Shown here: in pieces, positions 9,739 to 20,562 of the stretch | Layout: the number at the start of each line of letters is the position of its first letter | Position numbering within the stretch: the first letter of the stretch is position 1 | From: Candidatus Lustribacter sp. | GTDB taxonomy: Bacteria; Vulcanimicrobiota; Vulcanimicrobiia; Vulcanimicrobiales; Vulcanimicrobiaceae | Length of the DNA stretch: 64,000 nucleotides | NCBI GenBank assembly: GCA_965277805.1 | Contig: OZ255842.1 | Location: 4,576,001-4,640,000, forward strand | Reading direction: 5' to 3' | Made by a program: the position numbers and the translations under genes | Notes under the pieces: model-generated | The model's input: the letters and a program-made list of their open reading frames with translations, nothing else | The model's database searches: none | What the model was told of the DNA's origin: nothing

Positions 9739-11195
9739 TAGTGGCCGCCCGCCATCAGCGCGCCGACGCGTCCGCGATCGACGTTCGCACGGTCGAATGC
9801 GCCGACAAACCGTCCGCCCGACATGACGAGCACGCGATCGGCCAGCGCGAAGATTTCATCGAGTTCGAACGAGATCAGCAGCACGGCGACGCCTGCGTTG
9901 CGCGCCTCGATCAAGCGCGACTGCACGAGGGTTGCGGCGCCGACGTCGATGCCGCGGGTGGGTTGATAGGCGACGAGCAGTTTCGGTTGCGCACCGAGCG
10001 CGCGTCCGACGACGATCTTCTGCTGGTTGCCGCCCGACAGCGCGTCCACAATAGCTTGCGGGTTGGGCGGCCGTACGTCGAAGCGTTCGATGACGTCCTT
10101 CGTTGCCGTCGCGATCGCGGCATCGTCGAGGATCGCACCGCGCCGGATCGGCGGGATTTGATGCCGGCCGAGCGCGACGTTCTCCGCGATCGACCAGCCG
10201 AGCACGAGCGCTTCGTTGCGGCGGTCTTGCGGGATCACCCGCACTCCCGCCGCCAGCCGCGCCGCCGGCGTCACCGCGGCGGTGAGCGGTACGCCGTCGA
10301 GTTCGATCGTGCCCGTATAGCTGATGACGCCGGCCAGTGCATCGGCCAGTGCCGATTGCCCGTTGCCCTCAACGCCGGCTACGCCGACGATCTCGCCCGC
10401 GCGCACCTCGAACGTGCCGTCGACGAGTCCGCCGGCGCCGCTTCCGGCCGACAGCCCGCGTACCGAGAGCCGCGTGGCGGGCGTCGTGGCCGCGCGCTCT
10501 GCCAGCGGCGGCAGTTCGCCGCCGACCATCGCTTGGGCGATCTCATTCGTCGACGTCGCGTTCGTGTCGTAGCGGGCAACCACGCGCCCGGCGCGCATCA
10601 CGGTCACGCGCGTGCTATAGTCGATGACCTCTTGCAGTTTATGCGTGACGATCAGCACCGCCGTACCGGCCTTCGCGAGCGCGGTGATCGTGCGGAAGAA
10701 CGACGCGATCTCGGTCGGGGCGAGCGCCGCGGTCGGTTCGTCGAGCAGCAGCACGCTCGGGCCGCGCTCGAGTTCGCGCAACAACTCGACGCGTTGCTGC
10801 ACGCCGATCGGCAGCGTTTCGACGATCGCATCGGGATCGACGTCCAGGCCGTGTTCGTTCGCAAGCGCGCGCACGCGCTCGCGCGCGGCGACGCGATCGA
10901 TCCGCCAGCCGCGCTTGGGTTCGCGTCCCAGCAACACGTTTTCCCACACGTTCAACCGGTCGACGAGCTGGAAATGCTGGTGCACGAGGCCCACGACGGC
11001 GTTCGTTTCGACCGTGCCCTCATCGGGCATCACGGCGCCGAACGCGATCGCCGCGAGGGTCGATTTGCCGGCGCCGTTTTCACCGACCAGCGCGTGAATT
11101 TCGCCGGCGCACAAGTCGAGATCGACGCCGTCCACGGCTTGCACGGTACCGAAGCGTTTGCGAATCCCGCGCAGGGAGAGAACGGGCTCGCTCAC
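9738..11195 (-). CDS. nucleoside/sugar ABC transporter ATP-binding protein (tandem NBD)
   Basis: GENGAGKS, LLDEPTA, LSGGNQQK, QPTRGIDVGA. Confidence 0.95.
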   Translation of the reverse strand: MSEPVLSLRGIRKRFGTVQAVDGVDLDLCAGEIHALVGENGAGKSTLAAIAFGAVMPDEGTVETNAVVGLVHQHFQLVDRLNVWENVLLGREPKRGWRIDRVAARERVRALANEHGLDVDPDAIVETLPIGVQQRVELLRELERGPSVLLLDEPTAALAPTEIASFFRTITALAKAGTAVLIVTHKLQEVIDYSTRVTVMRAGRVVARYDTNATSTNEIAQAMVGGELPPLAERAATTPATRLSVRGLSAGSGAGGLVDGTFEVRAGEIVGVAGVEGNGQSALADALAGVISYTGTIELDGVPLTAAVTPAARLAAGVRVIPQDRRNEALVLGWSIAENVALGRHQIPPIRRGAILDDAAIATATKDVIERFDVRPPNPQAIVDALSGGNQQKIVVGRALGAQPKLLVAYQPTRGIDVGAATLVQSRLIEARNAGVAVLLISFELDEIFALADRVLVMSGGRFVGAFDRANVDRGRVGALMAGGH

Positions 11196-12220
11196 AGCTT
11201 CACCGGCTTGAACGCCGCGAGTTCTTCGCGCGTTGTCGGCGGAACGATCTTGCCCGCGATGATCGCGCTGCGCAGCACGTCGAGCTCGTGAAATTGGGCC
11301 GGGGTCAGCGCGCTGCGCGTGTACTTGAAATCGGTCAACCCGATCGCGCCGTCTTTGAGTCCGAGTTCGATGTGGCCGTGCGGCACTTTGCCGGTTGCGG
11401 CGATCTTCGAGGTGAGCAGCACGCCGATGTCGACGCGCTTGACCATGCTGGTGAGAATTTTCCCCGGCACGAGCGCGTCTTGGTTGACGTCGACGCCGAT
11501 CGCATACGCGCCGGGATGATCCTTGATTTGCTCGATCGCGCCGAGTCCGGCTTTCCCGGCCGCAATGTAGATCACGTCGGCGTTCTGCGAGAGCAGCACG
11601 CCGCCGATCTCCTTGCCGGCCGCCGGGTCGTCGAACGAGCCGACGTACTTCACCAGAACGTTGATGCTCGGGTCGATCTGATGCGCGCCGGCGGTGAAGC
11701 CGGCCTCGAACTTGCGCAAGAGCGGGATGTCGATACCGCCGATGAACGCGATCGTCTTCGTCTTGGTCGCGAACGCCGCGGCCACGCCGGCGAGAAACGA
11801 GCCTTGCTCTTCGCGAAAGGTGATCGACGCGACGTTCGGTTCGTCGACGATTGCGTCGATGATCGCGAAGTTGCGCGTGGGAAAGCGGCTGGCCACCTCG
11901 TCGACGTCGCGCGCCATCAGGAAGCCGACGGCGAAGATCTCATCGTACTCCTTGTTCGCGAGCACCGTCAGGTTGGGCTGATAGTCGGCAGCCGAGCGCG
12001 ACTGCAGCACCGCGATGTCGGCGTGCAACTGCGCCTTCGCGTCGAGCAGCCCGCGATACGCGCCGTCGTTGAAGGACTGGTCGCCGAGGCCGCCGGTGTC
12101 GGTGACCATCGCGAGCCGGACGTTTCCGCCTTGGGCAATGCCCTTGGGGTGGCTGCATCCGGCGGCGACGGCGCCCAAAAGCGCCGTGCTGCCGAGGACA
12201 AACGCGCGGCGCCGAATCAC
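11192..12220 (-). CDS. BMP family (PnrA-like) substrate-binding lipoprotein
   Basis: Lipobox AAGC, DTGGLGDQSFN, FREEQGSFLAG, TSMVKRVD. Confidence 0.93.
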   Translation of the reverse strand: MIRRRAFVLGSTALLGAVAAGCSHPKGIAQGGNVRLAMVTDTGGLGDQSFNDGAYRGLLDAKAQLHADIAVLQSRSAADYQPNLTVLANKEYDEIFAVGFLMARDVDEVASRFPTRNFAIIDAIVDEPNVASITFREEQGSFLAGVAAAFATKTKTIAFIGGIDIPLLRKFEAGFTAGAHQIDPSINVLVKYVGSFDDPAAGKEIGGVLLSQNADVIYIAAGKAGLGAIEQIKDHPGAYAIGVDVNQDALVPGKILTSMVKRVDIGVLLTSKIAATGKVPHGHIELGLKDGAIGLTDFKYTRSALTPAQFHELDVLRSAIIAGKIVPPTTREELAAFKPVKL

Positions 12221-12280
12221 CTTGGCCCTCTACGCGCTTCGTGCGGGTTGGCCTTTCGCCATTCGCGAAGCGCGAACGGG

Positions 12281-12730
12281 ATGAATGCACCGGATTTAGC
12301 GCGCGGCTTTCCGCCCCGCTGGAGCGACGCGGTCGACGGGATCGTGTGGCTGCCGCGGTTGGCCGCGAAGGTGCGCGCCCACGCCGCCGGGACGTTGGGG
12401 TCGTACTTGCTGGGCCAGAGTCCGGTCGACGACGAGTTCCTCAAGACCGCGCAGCTCAGCTACGCGCAACTGATCGCGATCGTGCGCGCGTCCGCCGACG
12501 ATGCCGCGGTGCTGGCCGCAATCGCGGCCGCGTCGCCCGGTGCGGTCGAGCGGCTGCGTCTGTGGTCGCTCGAGATGCCCGTCCGCCGCCGCACGATGAT
12601 GAAGCTGCTCGATCTCGACGACGGTTACGACCGGCCGGCGTGGATGACCGTTCCGGTTGCCGCGCTCAACGCGGCGTTCCTCAGGCCGCTGATCGGGTTC
12701 GCACGCATCGTGCGTCCGCTAAAAGCATGA
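12281..12730 (+). CDS. DUF5069-like protein
   Basis: MNAPDL..PPRW..GIVWLPRLAAKVRAHAAGTLGSY; stop overlaps next start (ATGA). Confidence 0.7.
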   Translation: MNAPDLARGFPPRWSDAVDGIVWLPRLAAKVRAHAAGTLGSYLLGQSPVDDEFLKTAQLSYAQLIAIVRASADDAAVLAAIAAASPGAVERLRLWSLEMPVRRRTMMKLLDLDDGYDRPAWMTVPVAALNAAFLRPLIGFARIVRPLKA

Positions 12731-13893
12731 TCGATCCGGAAGCCGTCAAGAAACTGCGCCGCCGGTTGCCCTCGCGCGGCGAACGCCGCGTCACCTACGG
12801 GCTGAAGGTGCTGGCGCTGATCGCCGTGGCGATCTACCTGCTCGTCGGCGTGCTGAATTTCTTCGCCGCCATTCGCAGCACCGGATTGCTCGCGGTCGGT
12901 GCGTTGTTCCTCGCGTATCTAATCTACCCGCTCGTGCGCCGGCTCAACGTGCACTTGCCGGTGATCTGGTCGATCGTCGTCGTCTACGCGTTCATTGGGC
13001 TAGTGGGCGCGTTCGCGGTCACGCTCGTCGCACCGCAGATCGGCCGCGACATCAACAGCTTCGGTCATGCGTTGCCCGGCCTGATGACGCAGTTCCAGAC
13101 GGAGCTGGTCACCCCGCGGAGTTCGTTCATCGCGCGCATACCGCTCGACGACCGGCTCTATCTCGCGAACTTGCCCTCGCAGTTCGACACGCTCGCGAAA
13201 CAATACGGCCTCGACACGCTGCAAAAAGGTTTGCCGGTGCTGCTCTCGGCCGCATCCCTCGGCGCCGCAGTCGTCATCATCCCGATCCTCGCGGCCTACA
13301 TGCTGCTCGATGCGAGCAACGTGCGGCGTCAGCTTCTGGGACTCTTCCCGGCCCGGCGGCGCGCCAAAGTTCACCACATCATCGACGAACTCGACGGCGT
13401 GATCGGCGGCTTCATCCGCGGACAGCTGATCGACGGCGCGATCGTCGGCGTGATGATCTTCGTGATGCTGATGGCCACGCACGTTCCGTACGCGCTGCTG
13501 ATCGGCATCGCGGCCGGCATCTTGAACTTCATCCCCTACGCGGGTGCCGTGATCGGCTTTGTGCCCTCGGTGATCCTGGCGCTGGCTTACAACGGTCCCG
13601 GCAACGCGCTGCTCGTCGCGCTGCTCTTCGCCGTGATCCAGCAGATCGACGGAAATTTCGTCGCGCCGCGAGTGCTCAAGGAGAACGTCGGTCTCTCGCC
13701 GCTCTACATCATTCTCTCGATCCTGATCGGCAGCGAACTCTTCGGCCTGGCCGGAACGTTCTTGGCCGTTCCGGTCGCCGCGATGGTGCGCGTGCTGCGC
13801 GAGCAGCTCTTGCCGCAACCGGCGCCGAGCACCGAAGACCCTCCCGAACTCACCAAAAGCCCACGCACTCGCGCGCCCGTCAAAGCACCGTAA
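12727..13893 (+). CDS. AI-2E family transporter
   Basis: GGFIRGQL, NFIPYAG, QQIDGNFVAPRV, GTFLAVP. Confidence 0.92.
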   Translation: MIDPEAVKKLRRRLPSRGERRVTYGLKVLALIAVAIYLLVGVLNFFAAIRSTGLLAVGALFLAYLIYPLVRRLNVHLPVIWSIVVVYAFIGLVGAFAVTLVAPQIGRDINSFGHALPGLMTQFQTELVTPRSSFIARIPLDDRLYLANLPSQFDTLAKQYGLDTLQKGLPVLLSAASLGAAVVIIPILAAYMLLDASNVRRQLLGLFPARRRAKVHHIIDELDGVIGGFIRGQLIDGAIVGVMIFVMLMATHVPYALLIGIAAGILNFIPYAGAVIGFVPSVILALAYNGPGNALLVALLFAVIQQIDGNFVAPRVLKENVGLSPLYIILSILIGSELFGLAGTFLAVPVAAMVRVLREQLLPQPAPSTEDPPELTKSPRTRAPVKAP

Positions 13894-13903
13894 GGAGATC
13901 GCC

Positions 13904-15372
13904 GTGGAAACGCTCGACCGTTCCGTCACCCCCGCCACCGGCAAGCGCACCGACCTGCGCGAGTTCCTCGAACAAGTCGACGCGGCCGGACAGTTACTGC
14001 GGATCGACGGCGTCGACTGGGATTTGGAGATGGGCGGCGTCGCGGAGATCGTGAGCCACACGCGTTCGGAATCGCCCGCCGTGCTCTTCGACAACATCCC
14101 GGGCTACCCGGCGGGCTTTCGCGTGCTCTCGGCCGGCACGAACTCATCCAAACGCTTCGCGCTCGCGATGAACCTGCCCGAACCGAAAACGCCGATGGAA
14201 CTCGTGCGCGCCTATCGCACCGCATGAAGACGCACGCGCCGATCCCGCACCGCGTGGTTGAGAGCGGATCCGTGCTCGAAAACGTCGACCGTGAAGAGGC
14301 GGTTGATCTCTACAAGTTCCCCGTGCCGCGCGTTCACGAAGAAGACGGCGGGCGCTACATCGGCACGCACGATCTCGTCATCATGCGGGACCCCGACAGC
14401 GACTGGGTGAACGCCGGCACGTATCGCGTGCAAGTGCACGACAAGGACACGGTCGGCATCTACATTTCGCCGGGCAAACACGGCCGGCAGATTCGCGACA
14501 AGTACTTCGAGCGCGGCCTGCCGTGTCCGGTGCTGATCAGCTGCGGCCAGCATCCGGTCCTAACGCTGGCCGGCAACCACGATGTGAATTACGGCGTAAC
14601 GGAGTTCGATTACGCCGGCGGTCATCTCGGCGCGCCCGTGCAAGTCATCAACAGCGAGCTGTACGGCTTGCCGATGCCGGCCGATGCGGAGATCGTGCTC
14701 GAAGGCGAGATGTACGCCGACAAAAAGGCGATCGAGGGTCCGTTCGGCGAGTTCACCGGTTATTACGCGAACCCGCAAGCGGAGCAGCCGATCGTGAAGA
14801 TCCGCCGCGTGTACTATCGCAATAACCCGATCATCACGATGGCCGTGCCGATGCGTCCGCCGACCGACATTTCGTACGGCAAGTGCATCATCAAGTCGGC
14901 GATGATCTGGGACGAAGTGGAGAAGGCCGGCCTTGCGGGAGTGAAGGGCGTTTGGTGCCACGAAGCCGGCATCGGCCGCCTATTCAACGTCATCTCGATC
15001 AAACAGGCGTACGCGGGTCATGCAAAGCAGGCCGCAATGCTCGCCGCCAACGTGAAGTCGGGCAACTATCTCGGCCGCTTCGTCGTGGTGGTTGACGATG
15101 ACGTCGACCCGACCGACATGTTCGACGTGCTGTGGGTGATGTGCACGCGCTGCGATCCGGTCGCCGACATCGATTTCATGCGCAACGCGTGGAGTTCGCC
15201 GCTCGATCCGATGCTGGAAAAGGGCGCGAAGCAGTTCGCCAACTCACGCGCGATCATCGATGCGTGCCGTCCGTTCGACCGCCTAAAGACGTTTCCGAAG
15301 GTGGCGCGGGCGACGCCCGAACTGCTCGACCGCGTACGCGAAAAGTTCGGCGCGCTGCTCGACGGTATCTAG
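13904..15372 (+). pseudogene. UbiD family decarboxylase split by a 1-nt frameshift (ORFs 13904-14227 and 14224-15372)
   Basis: N-part DLREFLE..PAVLFDNIPGY; C-part NAGTYR, EGPFGEFTGYY, VVVVDDDVD; one extra base at ~14219 gives ..AYR(D/N/H/Y)RMKTH... Could be an assembly error. Confidence 0.75.
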
Positions 15373-16338
15373 ATGAAGCGCGCCCCGTTTATCGCCGGCC
15401 TTACCGCGACGCTGGCCGCGCCGGCGTTCGGCCAGTCGCTGACGAACCTCAACGTCGGAACGGCGGTCGATTCGCCCACGCAGCTTCCGCTGTACTTGGG
15501 GCTGACGCACACGTTCAAGGACCAAGGCCTGAACGTGAGCGCGCTGGGCTTTCGCGGCGATACGGAAGTGGCGCAGGCGCTGGCCGGGAACTCGATCGAC
15601 ATCGCGCTCGCGTCATCGAGCGGTTTGCTGAACCTCGTCACGGCGAACCAAGGCGTGATCGGTTTCTACGGCGGCTTCAACCAGGCCGACTTCTCGTGGC
15701 TCGCGCAGCCGGCGATCAAATCGTGGCGCGACATGAAGGGCAAGACGCTCGGCGTCGCCACGTTAGGCTCGCTGACCGATCTGATCACGCGCTACGTCTT
15801 GGGGCGCAATCATCTCGTGCCCGACAAGGACGTGCAGATCATCCAGGCCGGCGGAAGTCCGAGCGCGTTTCAGGCAATGAAAGCCGGCCGGCTGGACGCG
15901 GCGATCTTGACGGCGCCGTTCAAATGGGAGGCGCAAGACACAGGCTTCACGCTGCTCGGCACGCAGGCCGCCGACGTTTCGCCGAATTGGCCCAAGCACT
16001 TCTACATGGCGAAGTCCGCGCTGATCGCGGAAAAGCCGCAGATCATCACCGCGTTGTTGCGCGGGCACGTTGCGGCGATCCGGCTCGCGCGTGCAAACAA
16101 AGCGCTGGCAGTGCAAACGCTGGTCGACCGGCTGAAGTTCGATTCGAAGTATGCAGCGCGCGCGTACGACGAAGCGATGCCCGACTTCGATGAGCGCGGC
16201 CGCATTCCGGAAAAATCGATGCCGGTCTTTTGGCAGCTGTCGATCGCGCAGGGCATCGTGAAGGCGCCGCTGCCCGAGAAAGATCTCGTCGACAAGCATT
16301 TCATCGACACGTTCAACGGTTGGGCGCCGCGCGCATAA
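15373..16338 (+). CDS. ABC substrate-binding protein, NitT/TauT/SsuA family
   Basis: Signal peptide, DMKGKTLGV, AMKAGRLDAA. Confidence 0.85.
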   Translation: MKRAPFIAGLTATLAAPAFGQSLTNLNVGTAVDSPTQLPLYLGLTHTFKDQGLNVSALGFRGDTEVAQALAGNSIDIALASSSGLLNLVTANQGVIGFYGGFNQADFSWLAQPAIKSWRDMKGKTLGVATLGSLTDLITRYVLGRNHLVPDKDVQIIQAGGSPSAFQAMKAGRLDAAILTAPFKWEAQDTGFTLLGTQAADVSPNWPKHFYMAKSALIAEKPQIITALLRGHVAAIRLARANKALAVQTLVDRLKFDSKYAARAYDEAMPDFDERGRIPEKSMPVFWQLSIAQGIVKAPLPEKDLVDKHFIDTFNGWAPRA

Positions 16339-16339
16339 C

Positions 16340-17209
16340 GTGAGCACGAAACGGGTCGACGTGATCGGCGTGCCGATGGACTTAGGTGCCGGCCGCCGGG
16401 GCGTCGATATGGGCCCCTCGGCGGTCCGCTACGCCGGACTCAACGCCGCGATCGAGCGGCTCGGCATCACCACCGTGGATCGCGGCAACGTTCCCGTTCG
16501 CGTCGCGGAATCGGCGTCGCCGGAGGAGGCGAACGCGAAGTATCTCCCGATCATCAACGAGGCGTGCGCGCTGTTGGCCGAGCTGGTCGATGAGGTCGTG
16601 GCCGCGGGTCACTTTCCGCTCGTGCTCGGGGGCGACCACTCGATTGCGATGGGAACGCTTGCCGGCGTGACGCGGGCGCGCGGCCGAGCGCCGGGCGTGA
16701 TTTGGGTCGACGCGCACGGCGATATCAACACGCCCATCAGTTCGCCCTCGGGCAACGTCCACGGCATGCCGGTGCATTTCGCCATCGAAGCAGCATCGAT
16801 CGCCGCCGAGCGGATCGTGTTCATCGGCCTGCGCGACGTTGATGACGGCGAGAAGCGAGCGATCCGCGAGCTCGGCGTCAAGGCGTTCACGATGTCGGAC
16901 ATCGACCGGCTCGGCATGGCCGCGGTCATCGCGGAAGCGCTGGCCATCGCTTGCGACGGTCCGGGCTCGCTGCACGTGAGCTTCGACATGGACGGCATCG
17001 ACCCGACCGAGGCGCCCGGCGTCGGCACGCCCGTGCGCGGTGGCCTCTCGTATCGCGAAGCGCACCTGTTGATGGAAGCCGTCGCCGCTTCGGGCGCGCT
17101 CGGCTCGCTCGAGATCACGGAGATCAATCCCATCCTCGACAATCAGAACCAGACCGCGATCCTTGCCGTAGAATTAGTCCTCAGCGCGCTCGGGAAGACC
17201 ACGTTATGA
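16340..17209 (+). CDS. rocF: arginase
   Basis: GVDMGP, GGDHS, DAHGDIN, SGNVHGMP, SFDMDGIDP, EINP. Confidence 0.95.
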   Translation: MSTKRVDVIGVPMDLGAGRRGVDMGPSAVRYAGLNAAIERLGITTVDRGNVPVRVAESASPEEANAKYLPIINEACALLAELVDEVVAAGHFPLVLGGDHSIAMGTLAGVTRARGRAPGVIWVDAHGDINTPISSPSGNVHGMPVHFAIEAASIAAERIVFIGLRDVDDGEKRAIRELGVKAFTMSDIDRLGMAAVIAEALAIACDGPGSLHVSFDMDGIDPTEAPGVGTPVRGGLSYREAHLLMEAVAASGALGSLEITEINPILDNQNQTAILAVELVLSALGKTTL

Positions 17210-17646
17210 GCTTCGATATCGACCGATTCGAAGAACGCCGCCGCGTGTTCGAGGATGCCGGCCGCGTCACGTGTCCCGCGTGCGGTTATCCGACCATCAC
17301 CGAGCGCACCACCTACGAGATCTGTTCGCTGTGCGCGTGGGAAGACGACGGGCAAGACGACAACCCGCATCGTCCGGAAGGCTATCACGACTATTTCGGT
17401 CCCGACGACGTCGCCGGCGGACCGAATCACGACTACTCGCTGACCGAAGCGCGCGAGAACTTCGCGACGAACCTCACGTCATACCGGCCGGCCGACATCG
17501 ACTTCGAAAGCGAACGCTCGACGACCGCGATCAAACGCGAAATCGTCAAGGCCTACGACCGTGCCGTCAGCGGCCTGATCGATGTCGACAAAGCCGAAGA
17601 AGACGCCCAATATTTCTTCGCCCGCCTCTACGGCATGAACGAATGA
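17206..17646 (+). CDS. CPCC-family cysteine-rich protein
   Basis: CPACGYPT..YEICSLCAWEDDGQ..GGPN..SLTEARENF. Confidence 0.8.
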   Translation: MSFDIDRFEERRRVFEDAGRVTCPACGYPTITERTTYEICSLCAWEDDGQDDNPHRPEGYHDYFGPDDVAGGPNHDYSLTEARENFATNLTSYRPADIDFESERSTTAIKREIVKAYDRAVSGLIDVDKAEEDAQYFFARLYGMNE

Positions 17647-17650
17647 TATG

Positions 17651-18220
17651 TCAGCCCGATAGAGCGGACATCTGACGGGCGCGGGCGGCGAGCATCCTGG
17701 CGTGGGCGCGTCCGAGGAGCGGATCGCGTTTGAACGCGCCTGCGAGGCCGCTTTCGGTTTCGAGCTGCGCGATCAGATCGCGGCCGAACTCTTCGACGCG
17801 CTGGCGGAGTTTGTAGTCGATCTCGCCGAGCTTGTCTTTGCGTTTGCGGATGATATCGTTGACTTCGCGAAATGCTTCGGCCGACTGCACCGCGTTTCGA
17901 TAGAGTTTGTCGATGCCGCGCACGACCCGTTCGGTGGGCGAAGGCGGCATGATCCCGCCGCCCGTGACGCGGCCCGGTGCTTTGACGGCGTACGCTTTCA
18001 GGCTCGCCTGATAAGCATCGTAGCGGTGCTGCGCGAGTTCGGTGAGGTTCGCGATCTCTTCCCGGAGCGAATCCCGGCGCCGGCCGATGGTCTCCATGAA
18101 GCGCTGCTCGACGCCCGAGGTCACCGAGCGAATGTAGCGCGCCCGCGAAGCCTGATATTCGGCGACGCACGATTGGTAAACCGAGTCGGTTACGGGTTCG
18201 CCCGCATCTAGCGCGCTCAC
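17651..18220 (-). CDS. hypothetical helical/coiled-coil protein
   Basis: 189-aa ORF with charged heptad-like composition and typical codon use. Confidence 0.7.
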   Translation of the reverse strand: MSALDAGEPVTDSVYQSCVAEYQASRARYIRSVTSGVEQRFMETIGRRRDSLREEIANLTELAQHRYDAYQASLKAYAVKAPGRVTGGGIMPPSPTERVVRGIDKLYRNAVQSAEAFREVNDIIRKRKDKLGEIDYKLRQRVEEFGRDLIAQLETESGLAGAFKRDPLLGRAHARMLAARARQMSALSG

Positions 18221-18352
18221 GGCAATGCTCCCCAGAGATGACGATGAGCCCGATCCCTAACGCGCGGGACCAAGCTCCGGAATCCGTAGTGTCCAATAGC
18301 ACACCCTCGGCTTGCTTCCTTTGGCCCTTTGTCGACCGTAGAAGCCCTTAAC

Positions 18353-18875
18353 CTAGGGCATGTACGTGAAGCGGGCTTCTTGCGCGGCGTTCACCGCGGT
18401 CACGCCCGCCGGCACCAAGATCGTATTCGGTACGAAATTGGCCGCGAGGTCGTCGTGCACGGCCACGACCGCATCGCGCGTGACGGTCGTCCCGCTCGGA
18501 GCGATGCGCCGTGCAATCGTGAGCGACAACCCGCTCAAGGCGTTGTTGCAAACGAAGAGTGATAAGCCCTGATCCATCAGTGGCCGCATGAAATCGATCA
18601 TCGTATTTTTCTTGAGCGCCGTCCAATATGCGCGATTGCTGAGGTCGGCCGGCCGCATCTCTTCATCGTTCATCAAACCGACCGGATACCTCGCCCACAT
18701 CGCGTCGTTGAGGGCAAGGTGAATCGAATAGCCCATGTAGAGCACGGCCGCACAGTGGAGGCTGTTGGGCCCGCCGGCCATGCCGTTCGGATCGGCATAC
18801 GCTGTGCGTGAGTTTTTGAAGTGCGACATCGCAACCGTCACCGCGCGAAAAGGTGGATGGTTCCATAGAGACCTC
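18353..18875 (-). pseudogene. DsrE-fold-like protein, apparently 5'-truncated
   Basis: LALNDAMWARY, LFVCNNAL, LVPAGVTAVNAAQE..FTY; no clean start, upstream frame runs into the next gene. Confidence 0.5.
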
Positions 18876-18894
18876 GCGGGTTGGGGGGCGGTGA

Positions 18895-19278
18895 TTACGA
18901 GCGAAGTGTGGCGCTGAGTTTCTTCGGCGCGACGAGGCAGTAACTCGTTTCCGTCCACTCGAGCAGCAATTCGGGATGCGTGCGTGCGCCTGCGAGCGGG
19001 ATCGTGACCCAGCCGGCCTTGCCGAGGTTGTACGCCGTGGGTTTCGCGCCGGCCAGAGAGAGCGCGTGATCGTGCGCGCCGCCGACGAGTTTCACCGCGA
19101 TGCTGGGGTCGTCACCCGTTCCTTCGCCCAGGAAGATGAAGATTTTCTTGCGGACCTTCGCGACCCGATCGCCCCACGGAAACTCTTCGTATGCCTCGGG
19201 CAGGCCGAGCGCAAAATCACGCAGCTTCTTCCACACGACGCCGGGTTTGCCGGTAACCACGAGGCCGTGTTTCTCCAT
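18895..19278 (-). CDS. MmcQ/YjbR family protein
   Basis: ALGLPEAYEEFPWG..KVRKKIF..YNLGKAGWV..SYCLVAPKKL. Confidence 0.88.
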   Translation of the reverse strand: MEKHGLVVTGKPGVVWKKLRDFALGLPEAYEEFPWGDRVAKVRKKIFIFLGEGTGDDPSIAVKLVGGAHDHALSLAGAKPTAYNLGKAGWVTIPLAGARTHPELLLEWTETSYCLVAPKKLSATLRS

Positions 19279-19360
19279 GTTGGCGCGCGTTCATGGCGGG
19301 GCTTCACTCTTCCGAAGGCCAACCGCTATCCGGTCGGGGTGCCCGACCTTGGAGGATTCA

Positions 19361-20554
19361 ATGACGATGTCGCGTGTTTCCAACTGTCGCCGGTTCATCG
19401 GAATTGCACTGCTGGCCGCTCTCGTTGCCGCGGGCGTCGGGCCGGCTACCGCGGCCGATGAAACGGTCGAACTTCCAACCGTCCTTTCCGTCACCGGTCC
19501 GGCGGCGTTCATCGGAAAGCAAGCGCTGCAATCGGTGCAGCTCATCGCCGGGCTCGTCAACGCGCAAGGCGGTATTCGCGGCAAGATGGTGCACGTGTCG
19601 CTGCAAGACACCACCTCAACGCCCGCGACCGCAGTGCAGTTGTTGAACCAGCTCATCAGCCAGCACGTGCAAGCGACGTTCGGGCCGACGTTCACCGCCG
19701 AATGCAGCGCGCTCATCCCGTTGATTGCGGCCGGTCCGATCGTATCGTGCTTCTCGCCCGGCGTACACCCGGCTGCCGGTTCGTTCATGTTCAGCGCCGG
19801 CGTCGGCAGCGACGCGATGGCGGCGGGAATCGCAACCTACTTCCGCGGTCAGAAGTGGACGCGCATCGCGATCATGAGCTCGACCGATGCGAGCGGACAA
19901 GACTTCGAAGAGAACTTCAACAAGGTCATGGCCGAACCGGTGAACAGCGGATTGAAGCTCGTCGCCCGCGAGCACTTCGCCGTCAGCGATCTCAGCGTGG
20001 CCGCGCAAATCACCCGCATCAAAGCCGCCGACCCGCAAACCGTCATCGTCTGGACGGCCGGCACCGGACTCGGCGTCGCGCTGCACGGCATTCACGACGT
20101 TGGACTGGACGTGCCGGTGATGGCGGGCAACGGCAACATGGTGCACGCGCAGCTCACCGGCTATGACGGCTTCTTGCCGAAAACGCTGCTCTTCCCCGGC
20201 GTGCCCGGCGTTACGCCGCCGGCCTCGGAACCGGCCGGCGTCAAGGCGGCGCAAAGCCAGTATTTTGCCGCGTATGCGAAGACCGGTGCGAAGCCGGATC
20301 TTCCGGGCGCGCTCTCGTGGGATCCGACGAAACTGCTGCTCGATGCATATGCGGCGCTGGGCTGGAACGCCACTTCCGAGCAGCTGCGCGGCTGGATCGT
20401 GTCGCAGCACGCGTGGCCCGGCATCAACGGCGTGTACGACTTCGCGAAGTATCCGCAGCGCGGCATCGGCGTCGAATCGTGCATCATCACGCGTTGGGAT
20501 GCCAACGCGCACGATTTCGTTGCCGTCAGCGGATCCGGCGGAGTCGCACGATAA
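19361..20554 (+). CDS. ABC substrate-binding protein, branched-chain (LivK-like) family
   Basis: Signal peptide, LSVTGPAAFIG, NAQGGIRG, AQITRIKAA, GINGVYDF. Confidence 0.85.
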   Translation: MTMSRVSNCRRFIGIALLAALVAAGVGPATAADETVELPTVLSVTGPAAFIGKQALQSVQLIAGLVNAQGGIRGKMVHVSLQDTTSTPATAVQLLNQLISQHVQATFGPTFTAECSALIPLIAAGPIVSCFSPGVHPAAGSFMFSAGVGSDAMAAGIATYFRGQKWTRIAIMSSTDASGQDFEENFNKVMAEPVNSGLKLVAREHFAVSDLSVAAQITRIKAADPQTVIVWTAGTGLGVALHGIHDVGLDVPVMAGNGNMVHAQLTGYDGFLPKTLLFPGVPGVTPPASEPAGVKAAQSQYFAAYAKTGAKPDLPGALSWDPTKLLLDAYAALGWNATSEQLRGWIVSQHAWPGINGVYDFAKYPQRGIGVESCIITRWDANAHDFVAVSGSGGVAR

Positions 20555-20562
20555 GCGCGCGC

